From contig NC_092674.1 of NCBI RefSeq assembly GCF_964355755.1, positions 21,700,001 through 21,764,000 of the forward strand: a stretch of DNA of 64,000 nt, in the 5' to 3' direction. The stretch comes from Antedon mediterranea. Its lineage: Eukaryota > Animalia > Echinodermata. A program made the translations under genes and the position numbers. This document shows positions 26,401 through 37,500 of the stretch, in pieces. The first letter of the stretch is position 1; each line of letters starts with the position of its first letter. The notes beneath the pieces were generated by a model that was not told where the DNA came from, ran no database searches, and saw only the letters and a program-made list of their open reading frames with translations.

Positions 26401-27327
26401 TGGCAATACAATTACGTGCGTAGCGCATGTAACGCATGCGTACGCGCGCTTAAAATTTTCAAAATTTATTTTCGATGAAATAAGAGTACGTTTCAGGCAA
26501 TTTTAAGCGTTTACAAAATTGCCATGAGTGCGCAGATTTTTGCGCGCGCACTGCGCGTTAAATGTTATTGCGCACTCTTTTTACCCGATTTCTGTTTTCT
26601 TGACTTACTTTTCAACTCGAAATTACGTTATACGAGCACGTCAAAAGTGACAGGCTACGCACGTGTAAATTAAAAAAATATAAATGTTTTTAAACATTTC
26701 AACATTTTTAAACATGTTCAGTAATTTCGGTCAGTATAGTTCACTATGTCGGTCGGTCCGTCTGTCTGTCGGTCTGTCTGTCTGTCGGTCTGTTTGTCTG
26801 TCGGTCCGGTATCACTATGCATTGTAGCACGCGACTTAATGGCTGTTGGCCTTGTTATAAGAGACTTTACTGAGGAAACACATTAAATTTTGAAACACCC
26901 AACCTATCCAATGCACTATTTTCAAAGAAAACGTCCATCACCTCTCGTAATAGATTCCGTAATCATTGTTACCATATGCCACTGAATTAGGGCACTGAAT
27001 GTTAGAGAATGATATGTCGTGTTTTTTTTTCAGTTTTTTGTCTTTGCATTGTATTGTGCTGTAGAGCAACACTGTTTTTAGTCGCGTGGACGCGATTCTA
27101 TAGTTCACTATGTCGGTCGGTCTGTCGGTCTGTCTGTCGGTCCGGTATCACTATGCATTTTAGCACGCGACTTATGGCTGTTGGCCTTGTTAACTTCTAG
27201 AAGGGATCCATGATAATAATGACTTCCAATTACTGCTTTATCTATGTTCACTTTAATAAATATCTCTTTTCTATTTTGTATATGTTCATTTAATATAGCG
27301 TTTTATATTATATGTCCCACATTCGTC

Positions 27328-27363
<36 letters not shown>

Positions 27364-28109
27364 GCTCTCATGATTTTCACCAAAAAATGTGTCAAATAGA
27401 TGGATTCCACACATAGTTTTTAGCTCTGTATTAATGTTGCTCTTTTGGCGTTCCACAGCAACAAAATATTGAACATAGAGTATGCGAAATTCTCATGAGA
27501 AAAACGTCTGTAAAATCATCAATTTATTTAAAGATTTATTTATTTTATTGATTCTTCTTCATCTAATTCTAAGGTGTGGTATTCAGGATAAAGTTGAGAG
27601 TAACAAATGTAGAGTTAAAATACAAGGCAGGTGCGAAAGAGAATTATTTGTAATAGTGGGTCTTAATTTCGTGATCCTCGGTCTTAGGGGGTCTTAGCTT
27701 TCGTGATTTTGTGTTTCGTGACACCCCTATACTAGTACTAGTTATTTCTCCCAGTCCAGCCTGTTTAATTCTTAAAAAAACAATTTATCTACTATAACAG
27801 TGAAAAGTTAGTTAGTTCATCTCCAAACGAAGAATAATTGGCCATGAAAAAATGACTCACAATATTTCCTATACAGGTAGGTCGGTAAAATGAAATGTTC
27901 ATCTTTATATAAGTTAAATTATTTTGTTTATACTACGATGTAATTTAAACATATTTTTAAAAAAATAATTTCATGAGATGAGACCGATTTCATGAAGCAA
28001 AGAGAAAAAATGAATCTTACTGTTTATAATTTACTACTGAAACATCATCAGGGCTGTTCTTATTTTCTTTCTTCGGAGTTTTGTTGACTGTTTCGTTATT
28101 TCCATTCAT
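8485..28109 (-). CDS. Caspase B (effector-like, caspase-3/6/7-type fold) with C-terminal extension; exons 28021-28109, 23619-23890, 13184-13362, 12550-12697, 8485-8855
   Basis: Spliced product: MNGNNETVNKTPKK...YNMEKNGYAIIFNN...SRENAKYDADGL...CLVIVFMSHG...LAGKPKLFFIQ|ACRG...IPAEADVLFAYSCPPG|YYSFRSEDGAWFVKAL...KKQVPYIVSTLTKKMCL plus ~49 extra aa, TAA at 8485-8487. All junctions are GT-AG and in phase. The first exon is inferred from phase and similarity to caspase A exon 1 and its flank. Confidence 0.9.
9567..9638 (-). pseudogene. tRNA-like sequence (tRNA-Pro-like body, TGT anticodon position); pseudo-tRNA or SINE head; partial duplicate at ~9185-9275
   Basis: Reverse complement GGCTCTGTGGTCTAGTGGTATGATACTCGCCCTGTAAGTGAGAGGTTGCAGGTTCGAATCCCGCCAGAGACA has A and B boxes and folds as a cloverleaf with mismatches and C33, followed by TTTTTT. 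Confidence 0.65.
9800..11205 (+). mobile_element. 5'-truncated, degenerate CR1/L2-group LINE (RT fragment) in the last caspase B intron
   Basis: QSGFRPNYST, LDLKKAFDTVNH, GIPQGSILGP, YADDT and LQVLQNRAAKII are split over several ORFs; AATAAA plus (TTA)n tail at ~11179-11205. Confidence 0.9.
11248..11304 (+). pseudogene. 5S rRNA-derived fragment (internally deleted, truncated)
   Basis: tacggccatactgcattgaaacaccggttctcgtcagatcaccg..gggcccggtta resembles the 5' half of metazoan 5S rRNA; gttacaaaa occurs at 11238 and 11301. Confidence 0.7.
13526..13648. mobile_element. Palindromic Tourist/PIF-like MITE (TTA TSD); related copy at ~60605-60722
   Basis: Splits the RTE frame between ...VLL and AETE..., with TTA on both sides; internal IR aaaagtgtgatgtgcc..gggtacatcacattt. 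Confidence 0.6.
14040..17510 (-). mobile_element. HINE family 2 element split by a LINE (14040-14154 and 16847-17510)
   Basis: The two halves join into the reverse complement of the intact copy at 26051-26856. Confidence 0.85.
14155..16850 (+). mobile_element. 5'-truncated CR1/L2-group LINE (end of APE + RT, one frameshift ~15565)
   Basis: TLIDNIF, TDHLPVF, NYRPISIL, DLSKAFD, GVPQGS, then YADD in a shifted frame; AATAAA plus (TTGAA)-type tail ending at 16850. Confidence 0.92.
21071..22577 (-). mobile_element. HINE family 1 element, second member
   Basis: Hairpin aactcgtc-acttt-gacgagtt plus agttatccac at the left; perfect 32-bp palindrome agttatccgcttggtataccaagcggataact (22546-22577) at the right. 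Confidence 0.65.
24195..25710. repeat. Degenerate tandem repeat (~110-150 bp units) interrupted by a foldback element
   Basis: Recurrent aagtaggtcaagggtgatcgatccataccaaaa / gtgttataacgtt / cgccgtagagggcgtaga. Confidence 0.75.
24700..25490. mobile_element. Foldback/MULE-like non-autonomous element
   Basis: Ends are arrays of ctagaaaactcagatatctgagttttctag palindromes; degenerate 9-bp TSD ggtgacaag/ggtggcaaa. Confidence 0.8.
26051..26856 (+). mobile_element. HINE family 2 (DINE-1/pearl-like), intact copy
   Basis: 5' T-run, agtcgcgtg..gcgact palindrome, (GTCY)n microsatellite, 3' sub-TIR cacgcgact and short stem-loop ggctgttggcc ending in TT. This is the established DINE-1/HINE architecture. 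Confidence 0.8.
27075..27191 (+). mobile_element. Minimal 117-bp HINE family 2 copy; minus-strand remnant also at ~31742-31830
   Basis: Same termini and GTCY block as 26051-26856, without the internal module. Confidence 0.8.
27410..27727. mobile_element. Right-end fragment of the foldback family at 41355-42432
   Basis: Shares aaaacgtctgtaaaatcatcaattt, aattctaaggtgtggtattcag and the terminus tttcgtgacaccc. Confidence 0.7.
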
Positions 28110-28555
28110 ATTTATTTTGTAGGCCTATCAACAACACAAGAACAAAATGTTTATATGAAATAATAATGGTAATAACAATAATGGTAATAATAAAAATAAT
28201 GGTAATAATAAATGGTAATGTTAATGATGACAAGTTGGTTTAATAAACCGTGTTTACACACACGACCGCCTATTATTGTTCTACTGATGATTATGATGAT
28301 GATGATATGTCAGAGTTTGGCAACACTTGATCAACATTCATCCAAAAATAGAAGTTGAGCTAGTGCAGATCCTTTAATTTTCTTTTCAAATTAATTATTT
28401 TAAAGATATTTGGTAATTCGGGAATGCGCTGTTTCCAAATTTGTCTTTGCGATATGATGATGTACAATTATAAATACCTTAGCCTTGAAAGAACAAAGTA
28501 CATTATTACAATAGATTATTTATAGGACAATTTGACCTCAACCAAATTCGCTATC

Positions 28556-30088
28556 CGGGGCGCATTATTTTTTTTCTATCCAATTAAGGCAGAAATCATG
28601 AATAATTCATTACCTTAATTATTTTCTATTATAAAGAATAGCTGATCTACTTCCTAAATATACTAAACCTAACCCTCTTAATAATGTCTCAACTATTAAA
28701 AAAACCATTTTCTTGAAAGTTCCGAGGGCTCCAGTGTAATAGGCTAAAGCCTTTACCACTAGACCAACATTGTGGTTGGCAAACGCTGTTTACAAAAATT
28801 ATTTATTCTCTCTGTATGCTTATATAGCGCCCTCTATAATGTTCCATACTGTATCATAATTATTCGGGTATCTAGAAAACTCAGATCTCAGATATATCTG
28901 AGTTTTCTAGATCTAGAAAACTCAGATATATGACTTTTCTTGATCTAGAAAACTCAGATATCAATATCTGAGATTTCTAGTTCCATTCTGGAACTAGAAA
29001 ACTCAGATCATCATATGATTGGTTGGTAGGTCAATTCATTTGAATCATTACATTATTAATCAGAAGGTTTTATTAAAACTGATTACTGTGTACGTTTTCT
29101 TACTAATATTGTAACATGTGCAGATGTAGAAGCGGCCTACGGCTTTAATCATAAAGAAAATACAGTGCAGTAGTCTTAGAAGAAATACTACTTTTCATAT
29201 TCCTTTTAGTAGAGTAAATGTTTTAAAAAATGGTTTTATTAGTAGATTAAGTCAAACTTACAATTCTTTTACTTTAAGAAACCCTAAGTTAGATATTTTT
29301 AGTAATAATTTCTGTAAGTTTCGTAACATTGTTAGTAGTTTAGTTTAATGTTTGTTATTGTTTTTGTTCGTGTTTGTCTGTGTTCCCTCCTGTAAGTGGT
29401 GAACCATGAGCTCACTGTTGGTTGGGAAATGAATAAATAAAGTGCACGTTACCGTTAAAATGTAGGCTTAAAAATTAGTTACGTAGGAGTTGGTGTGGGT
29501 ACGAGTTGGTTGAGGTACGAGTTAGCCAAGTTGGGAATAGGTACAAGTTATTTTGGGTACGAGTTGACCACTTCTAGCCTAGTACCCGGGCAGGCCTCTT
29601 CGCGATACAACGCGATAGTGCCCACACGTTGAGCCTTGAATTCAATTGAGTTTTCTAGGCTAGGCCTAAATGCTAAGCCTACATTTTAAAAGGTGTATAC
29701 TGTATTTCTTTATGATTTAACATAGGCCGCTACTACAAGTTAAAATTATTATTATTATTAGAAAGAAAACGTATAATACTGTAGTATTTCAAACAAGCTA
29801 CCCTCTGATAATGGAACGATCAATTTGATGATCTGGGTTTTCTAGTTCCATTTTGGAACTAGAAAACTCAGATCTTGATATCTGAGTTTTCTAGATCTAG
29901 AAAAGTTAGATATCTGAGTTTTCTAGATCTAGAAAACTCAGATACTTGAGTTTTCTAGATCTAGAAAACTCAGATATATCTGAGATCTGAGTTTTCTAGA
30001 TCTGAGTTTTCTAGACACCTTAATTATTCTAATGATTTGTTCATTATTTCTGCCTTAATTGAATAAAAAAAAAATAATGCATCTGGGG
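28556..30088. mobile_element. MITE hosting a foldback insertion
   Basis: IR gcattattttttttctatccaattaaggcagaaat / atttctgccttaattgaataaaaaaaaaataatgc. Confidence 0.6.
28866..30020. mobile_element. Foldback/MULE-like element, same family as 24700-25490, opposite orientation
   Basis: Palindrome-array termini; perfect 9-bp TSD taattattc (28857-28865 / 30021-30029). Confidence 0.85.
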
Positions 30089-30100
30089 CGAGCATGCCCA

Positions 30101-30127
30101 AAATAATAATAATAATAATAATAACAC

Positions 30128-30160
<33 letters not shown>

Positions 30161-30432
30161 CACATTTATATAGCGCCCTTTTCATGAGTAATCATGCTCA
30201 AAGGCGCTTTACAAGCATTATTACCCCAGTATTTTTTGGGATCAAACACGTATGGAAACATACTCTCATAATGCAGCCGGTAACCAGCGCAAAGTTGTGT
30301 CTAGATCTAACTGGGTACCCATTTATACACCTGGGTGGAGAGAGGCAACGTAAGTAAAGTATCTTGCCTACGGATATACAAGCAATGCGGCGAGAGTTGG
30401 ATTCGAACCTAGGTCTGACGATCGGTAGTCCA
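30101..30432 (-). mobile_element. tRNA-derived SINE with L2-type 3' tail
   Basis: On the minus strand: B box ggttcgaatcc, then ggcaagatactttac..ctctctccacccaggtgtataaatgggtacc, tail gtaaagcgcctttgag..ggcgctatataaat and a long (TAT)n run. Confidence 0.8.
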
Positions 30433-32477
30433 AAGTAAAAATTGTGTGGTTCTTATATCTCGACAACCACTCGTACAGATTTGCTGTTAAATTGTTCAGA
30501 ATATACATATTTATATTCGGTCTAACACGAAAAATTGCTTTTACTGACAATTGACCCGAAAAAATGAACAAAAACACATTTTCGTGTTAAATTATTCTTT
30601 AAAATGTCAATATTAAATGAAAGCATATACAATATGCTACCCACTGCTACCCAATTTGTATTGAAATTATTTAATCATGCATAAGCAAATTGTTTTGGAA
30701 AATGTGCATACTTCAATAAATTCATACAAAAAAATATCTCGCTTTTGGCAGGATTGTCCCGAATATTTCCCGTTGTTCCGCCCGACCCATGACATATCCT
30801 GCTTTTAAACAAGACAAAGTAAAACTGAACTTAGTATCAGGGGTATTTATTCTCGGACAGCGTTTATTATCAATTTTCACAATAAGTAAATAATAAGATG
30901 AATACTCATAATCAGGCACTACTCATGTATCTCATGTTATTGCTTGTTATTTGAAACATAAATATTGGTAACTCTTAGTTTAAAAAAAAACAATGTGTTG
31001 AAAATAATGGATAAAGAGAGCCAGGAATCCTATAATTAATATTCTTCTCCTGCCTAAACTCAGCTGTGTTCTCTTCTTGAACTTTCTATAATGCATCCAT
31101 TTCTAAAATTTAGTAGAGTATACAGAAACTCACTGTTTATATCTCATTGAGTGTTAAGTAACGACAATGTTTGGAATTGTAATTATAAAATTTCAAAGGA
31201 AATTTAAATTTTGTTAACAAGAAATTGTCAATAGATTTTAGATAATATCGAAAATTGGTCATAATATAATGGGTGCATAAAGGGTTAGCGACAGACTGTG
31301 AAACGAATTATTGATGATTGCATTGAAGCACATAAAGGCCTACCTTCCTTTTATCATTGTATATGAGTGTTTTTTTTAATGCTGGGCGCCATCCACTTAA
31401 AACTTTTTTCAAAACTCTAAATACTTCTTTTTAAATACAAATGGCACACTACAAAAAGACTGGTGTCATCAAACTAGAACGTAATATGTTATTATGAACT
31501 CATCTTGATCAGGCAATCCACAAAGGTTGAATAGTGAGGGATTAGTGTAGGCATATATAGGCTTTTTTTGTTGTTTTGATAAGTGACTGTGAGCAAATTC
31601 GGTTTTACGATAGCAATCAGAGTTTTAAAAAACAAAGAAAAGAAATCAGAGAATTGCCAACCTCCGATAAAAGTAAAATTATAAAAAGTATCAGAATCTG
31701 TTGTTTCAAGTCTGTACGGCCTAAAATTAGTAAACTAATAAAAACAAGGCCATATGGCTGCAGTCGCGTTCTCAAATTTGAGTTAGTGTTTACCGACAGA
31801 CCAACCGATCGACATAGTGAGCTGTAGAGTAGAGTAAAAATACTACAGTGGATGCTGCAATTTGCTTTAAAGGAGAAGGTGTTAGATGAAAAGGGAACTC
31901 TTATAGAATAACAGAAGAGGTGAAGAGGAGAAAACCGAGGGCTGGAAAGAGAAAGCCTACATGGAGAGAGTGGAGCTGTATCATTGAGGTTGGTGTTTGC
32001 CATCCAATTCCAAGGTCCGGGGTTTAATATTAGTGCCATATATGGTTATCACACTTTTTAACTGCACTCCCTAAGCCTCAAATGGGACTTAGTTTAACTG
32101 CATGATGCCTATTATTATACTCTACGATAATCATTTGATTTCATAACTTTTGATGTTGTATGAGTAGGCCTAATAAAGTTTATTTTGTATTCTTGTTTAT
32201 GTAACTATGTACACATCAGTAGGCCTAATTCGCTGGTTGGATGGTGACCGAAAACGTGAGCTATAGCCGCAAAAAATGACCTAGTTTAGTTCTTATAAGC
32301 CTAACTACACTCCCAGTTCGATGAATCTTTATTTATCGGTCGTTTGATCTAAAATTATCCGAAAGCCACTCTTAGTGTTGATTAAGTTTAACACCCGACA
32401 CTATTTCTGATCTAAGCTTTTGCCGAAATAATGCGCCCTCCATTACTGAGGAAGTTGAAGCTTCAAAATACAGACAG

Positions 32478-34280
32478 GAATGTTCCATTCATCGCAAATT
32501 AATACATTTGTATAAACGTATATTATTAAATCAAAATAGTATTTTTTTAAGAAAATCGGCCTGTCTTCAACATTATGATGCTGTACTCGAGCTGTTCAAC
32601 CGGTTTTCAGCTATTCAAAACAATAATCGTAGGCGGAGATAGGAAAATGCGAAGCATCCTCGTATTATTGTGTGCGGATATTTTTCAAGATGTACATCCA
32701 TTAGACAGTGTATACCACGATCGGAAAACACCCCTATTTGGGGCAAATCTTTGAACCTAAATTCGTTTTAATTGTCAATAACTAATTATCTAACTCAATT
32801 TAATTAGTAGTTACAGTTACATCAGGTGGTTAAAATCAGTACCGAAAGTACAAACCAACTTTATATACCATCGAGTAAACATTCTAGAAGACACGATTTA
32901 CCGAATTTTTCCCTTTCCAAAAGCATGAAAAATGAAGATGGTGTTGTTACGACCACTTTTGGCCTAGGCCGAAATACCTAAATAAATAGCAACAACGAGG
33001 CTTGGAACAGACAATAGTCGACACTCAGAGTATTATGCAAAGAGCACGAGCTCTATTTATTTCCTTTCACGAAGCACAAAATACATAACATCACAATTAT
33101 AGATACGTATGATACCGAGTGGTTGGTTTGCCTGGCCATCTGTACACATCACAACCTCCCCATTCTTATCGTCCTGCCTCGCTTCCAGTCTCAAGCACAG
33201 TTCTAAACACAAGCGTCCTTCGCTGGCCCTGTCTCCTGAGTGACTCCCTTCTTTGTATCACACACCCAGCACAGCTTTCCAAAATACCGCGCACCACCAT
33301 GCTCCATTCTGATTCGTCCACTTGACCACCGACGACTTGATTCATTTGCATGCGACATGTGACACCTGACTCTCGTCACACGTAACAGTGTAAATAAATC
33401 ATACTTTGCGTATTTTTTAATAAAGTTCCGTAGAAAAAAAAATGTTTTTACTTATAAAATGACAAAATAAATGGTTAAATTCAACCAAAAACCCATTGGC
33501 TATATTTTATTGTGTACATCATAAAACAAAATTCTCATAGGTTAGGCCTATATAATATTAGATGGTTCTCGAATACATAGTAATTTCAGCGTAAAAAAAC
33601 TGGTGATTTCAAATGTATGTACCGCAGGACTATAAAACATTGTCGTTTACAGAAACAAATAAATAGACACAATGATTTATGTAGTCAACCAAAATAAGCA
33701 CCCTGGAATTAGCACCCTGGAATTACTTTCAAATTGAGTCCAAATTTTACCTACTTGGACGTGTTAAACCACGGAGGTATGCATCCATGGTTAAACCAGA
33801 GAGATTTACATCTCCCTGGTTAAACCAACTAATTTGGAATGTTCCAATCATTGCAAATCAATACATTTTTATAAACGTATTATTAAATCTATCAAAATAG
33901 TGTTTTTTTAAAGAAAATCGGCTTGTCTTCAACATTATGATGCTGTACTCGAGCTGTTCAACCGGTTTTCAGCCATTAATAACAATTATTGTAGGAGGAG
34001 ATAGGAAAATGCGAAGCATTCTCGTATTATTGTGTACGGGTATTTTTCAAGATGGACATGCATTAGACAGTGTATACCACGATCGGAAAACACCCCTATT
34101 TGGGGAAAATCGTTGAACCTAAATTCGTTTTAATTGTCAATAACTAATTATCGAACTCAATTTAATTAGTAAACAGGGTTACATCAGGTGGTTAAAATCA
34201 GTATCGAAAGTAGGAACCAACTTTATATACCATCGGGTAAACATTCTAGAAATAACGCGCGATTTACCGAATTTTGCCCT
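32478..34280. repeat. Direct duplication of ~430 bp (32478-32910 vs 33837-34280)
   Basis: Both copies run from ggaatgttcc..aatacatt to gatttaccgaatttt with scattered substitutions. Confidence 0.8.
32945..33387 (-). mobile_element. Solo LTR (443 bp)
   Basis: TGTTACG...CGTAACA inverted ends, 4-bp TSD GTGT on both sides, AATAAA on the minus strand at ~33057, higher GC than flanks. Confidence 0.8.
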
Positions 34281-34599
34281 TACGTAAATTTATATATAGA
34301 AGCAGCCATATATAGGCAGCCAGCGAAGTATTGTTTGTTCGCCGTGGTTAGGATTCCGGCACCGGAACTCAACTGCCCAGCGTTATGGAATCCGACACGC
34401 TATTGCGCATGCCATGAGCGAGGTAATCAGCGATGGATCATTTCATAGCTGCGCCACATGGCGAACTAGCCTAGATGCCTACTAATATGGGATCCACTAA
34501 TCTAGGCTAGGGCTACCAGTTAGACGTGACCAGTGGGCCTATAGTATTTATTTTGTAATTAAAAAGTGGTTGCTTCATTCATATATATAAACTTCATAT

Positions 34600-37500
34600 G
34601 AATTATATAATTACATGACTACTTTTTTGATTTTTCATAACGCATACCCGGTTGCATACCTAATGAATTATTCTCCGTTTTATACACGGGGAGTGCAACG
34701 CTTACGCTACCTATGTATTAGTAATACGGCAGCACTAAACAGAATTGTTTTATGTTTAATTATTGTTATATTTAGTTTTTTATTTTATTATATTATTGTT
34801 AACTTTTACCTAATGTTTAAATTATCTATGATACCTATAATTAATGTGCCAATCCAACCCTACAACTGATGTAAAATTTAACCCCTTTGTGGCATACGAG
34901 AACATGAATATTAACGAAAATGTTGATCCACATTCTCAATTTTATGCTAGTTTAAATGAATCTAATTATTTTGATCCAGAAACATTCTCAGAGAATTTCT
35001 CTAAGCATAACAATGATAAAAATATTTTGTCTACTATCCATTTTAATACACGTAGTCTCTTGGGCAAGATGGATTCTTTAAAACGTTTTCTTCTTACACT
35101 TGAATTTGACTTTGATGTTATTGCTATTACTGAATCTTGGCTACAGTATGACAATAATCCCCTAACAGATATGCCGGGTTATAATATTTTTTCTAGAAAT
35201 AGGAAATCTAAGGCGGGTGGTGGCGTAGCCCTGTACGTACGAAACAATGTATCAGTTACTGTCCGTAATGATTTAACAACAGATGAATCAATATGTGAAT
35301 CGATATTTATTGAAATAGAACAGATACATGGGAAAAATATCATCGTGGGAACAATCTATCGTGCTCCGTCTTTGAATATCAATGCATTCAATGATATCCT
35401 AGATAACCTACTTCATACTCTTTCAACTGAAAATAAGCTGGTATATCTGTTGGGTGATTTCAATATAGATATTTTGCAATATACTTATGAAACCACAACT
35501 AACAATTTTGTAAACACTCTTTTTAGCAACTTTTATTTACCGCTAATACTTAGACCTACTAGGATAACATCAAATAGTGCTACTCTTATTGATAACATAT
35601 TAACCAACCAGCCTGATTTACACCTCGCTAGTGGTCAGCTCTATTGCGATATTTCCGATCACCTACCTGTTTTTTCTATATCTACCTTAACATACAAAAA
35701 TACTCAAGCAGTCAGTAGACCTCCAAATAAACCTTTTAGGAAAATTAATGAAAATAACATCGAACAATTTAAACGAGAGCTTAGCGTAATAACATGGAAC
35801 GATGTGAACTTATTGCAAGAACCTAATCAAGCTTATAATACTTTTGAAACTAAATTAAAACTTTTATATAATAAACATTTTCCAATGACTACGCAAAGTA
35901 AAAAAAACACAAAATTAAAACCTTGGATGTCAAATGGTCTGTTGCAATCTACTAAATATAAACACAAGTTATATGCTAAATACCTAAATAATCCTACCAA
36001 TCATAATAAAATAAAATACACTAAATTCCGTAATACCTTAAATTCACTTATTAAACGTGTTAAAACCGAATACTATCAAAACAGATTCACTCAATGTCAA
36101 CATGATATTAAAGGTACTTGGCGCGTAATTAACTCCTTGTTTAAAAGGTCTCCGAATTTGAATACGAAAGTTGTTCTAACAGGCAATAATGGTGAATCCA
36201 TTGAAGACCCGTCTCAAATCGCAAATGAATTCAATAAGTTTTTTGTCGAAATTGGACCAACTCTTTCAAAAAAATTGCCAACCGATCAATCTGATTTTAA
36301 AACGTATTTGCCCTTACCTACTTTAAACTCTTTATTTATGTGTCCAGTGTCTGATACAGAAATTATAGATATTGTCAAGTGTTTTAAAACTAATAAAGCG
36401 CAAGGACTTGATGAATTCAGTCCAAAAGTTATTAAACAATCAATTTCCCTTTTGGTTAAACCTCTATGTCACATATTTAATCTGTCTTTAACAAAAGGAG
36501 TTTTTCCAAATAAATTGAAATTGGCAAGAGTTACTCCCATCTTTAAAGCAGGAAAAAAGGACACTTTATCTAATTACCGACCGATCTCAGTCCTTTCGCT
36601 ATTTTCTAAAATATTAGAAAGAATTATCTATAATAGAACCTATGCCTTTATGGAAAAAAATAATATTCTATGCAATAAGCAATTTGGATTTCGCAAACAT
36701 TTTGATACCGCAATGGCCTTAATTGATTTGTCCAATGAAATAATAGATGCATTTGAAAATGATGAGTTTGCAATTGGTGTTTTTGTCGATCTATCGAAAG
36801 CATTCGATACCATTAACCATCCCATTCTTCTTTCAAAACTGTATCACTATGGTATTCGCGGTGTTCCTCTCAATTTATTTAAGAGCTATTTATCCAACCG
36901 CTACCAATGTACCAAGTTTTGTGATTCCCAATCTGACTATTTGCCTATTACCTGTGGAGTACCACAAGGTTCATTACTAGGTCCTCTTCTGTTTCTTTTA
37001 TATGTGAATGATATTTACAATTCGTCAGTATCTTTATCTTACTTTTTATATGCAGATGACACAACACTAATCTGTAAAAATCGACACTTAGAGTCGTTAT
37101 TTAACACTGTAAATACAAGTTTAATTAATGTATCCGAATGGTTTCTGGCAAACAGCCTTTCTGTAAATCTAAAAAAGTGCAGCTATGTTTTGTTTAGAAG
37201 TAGTACGATGCCGATTAAATTAGGTCCATTGCAAATTAAACTAAATGGTTCTGTTCTCCCCATGGTCAATCATGCAAAATTTTTGGGTGTATCCATTGAT
37301 AGTCGTCTGACATGGAAACCCCATGTTATTGAGACTGAAAACAAAATCTCAAAAAATATTGGTATAATTTGTAGACTGGCATCTTTTCTTCCACATCATA
37401 TTCTCCGAACACTCTACTGCTCCCTTGTTTTGCCATATCTTTTATATTGCAATATCGTTTGGTGTAACACATTCCCATCTAATTTAAATAAACTTCAAAT

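Noticed and set aside
30094-30357. Poly-Ile ORF resembling a signal peptide
   Set aside because: Antisense reading of the SINE (TAT)n tail.
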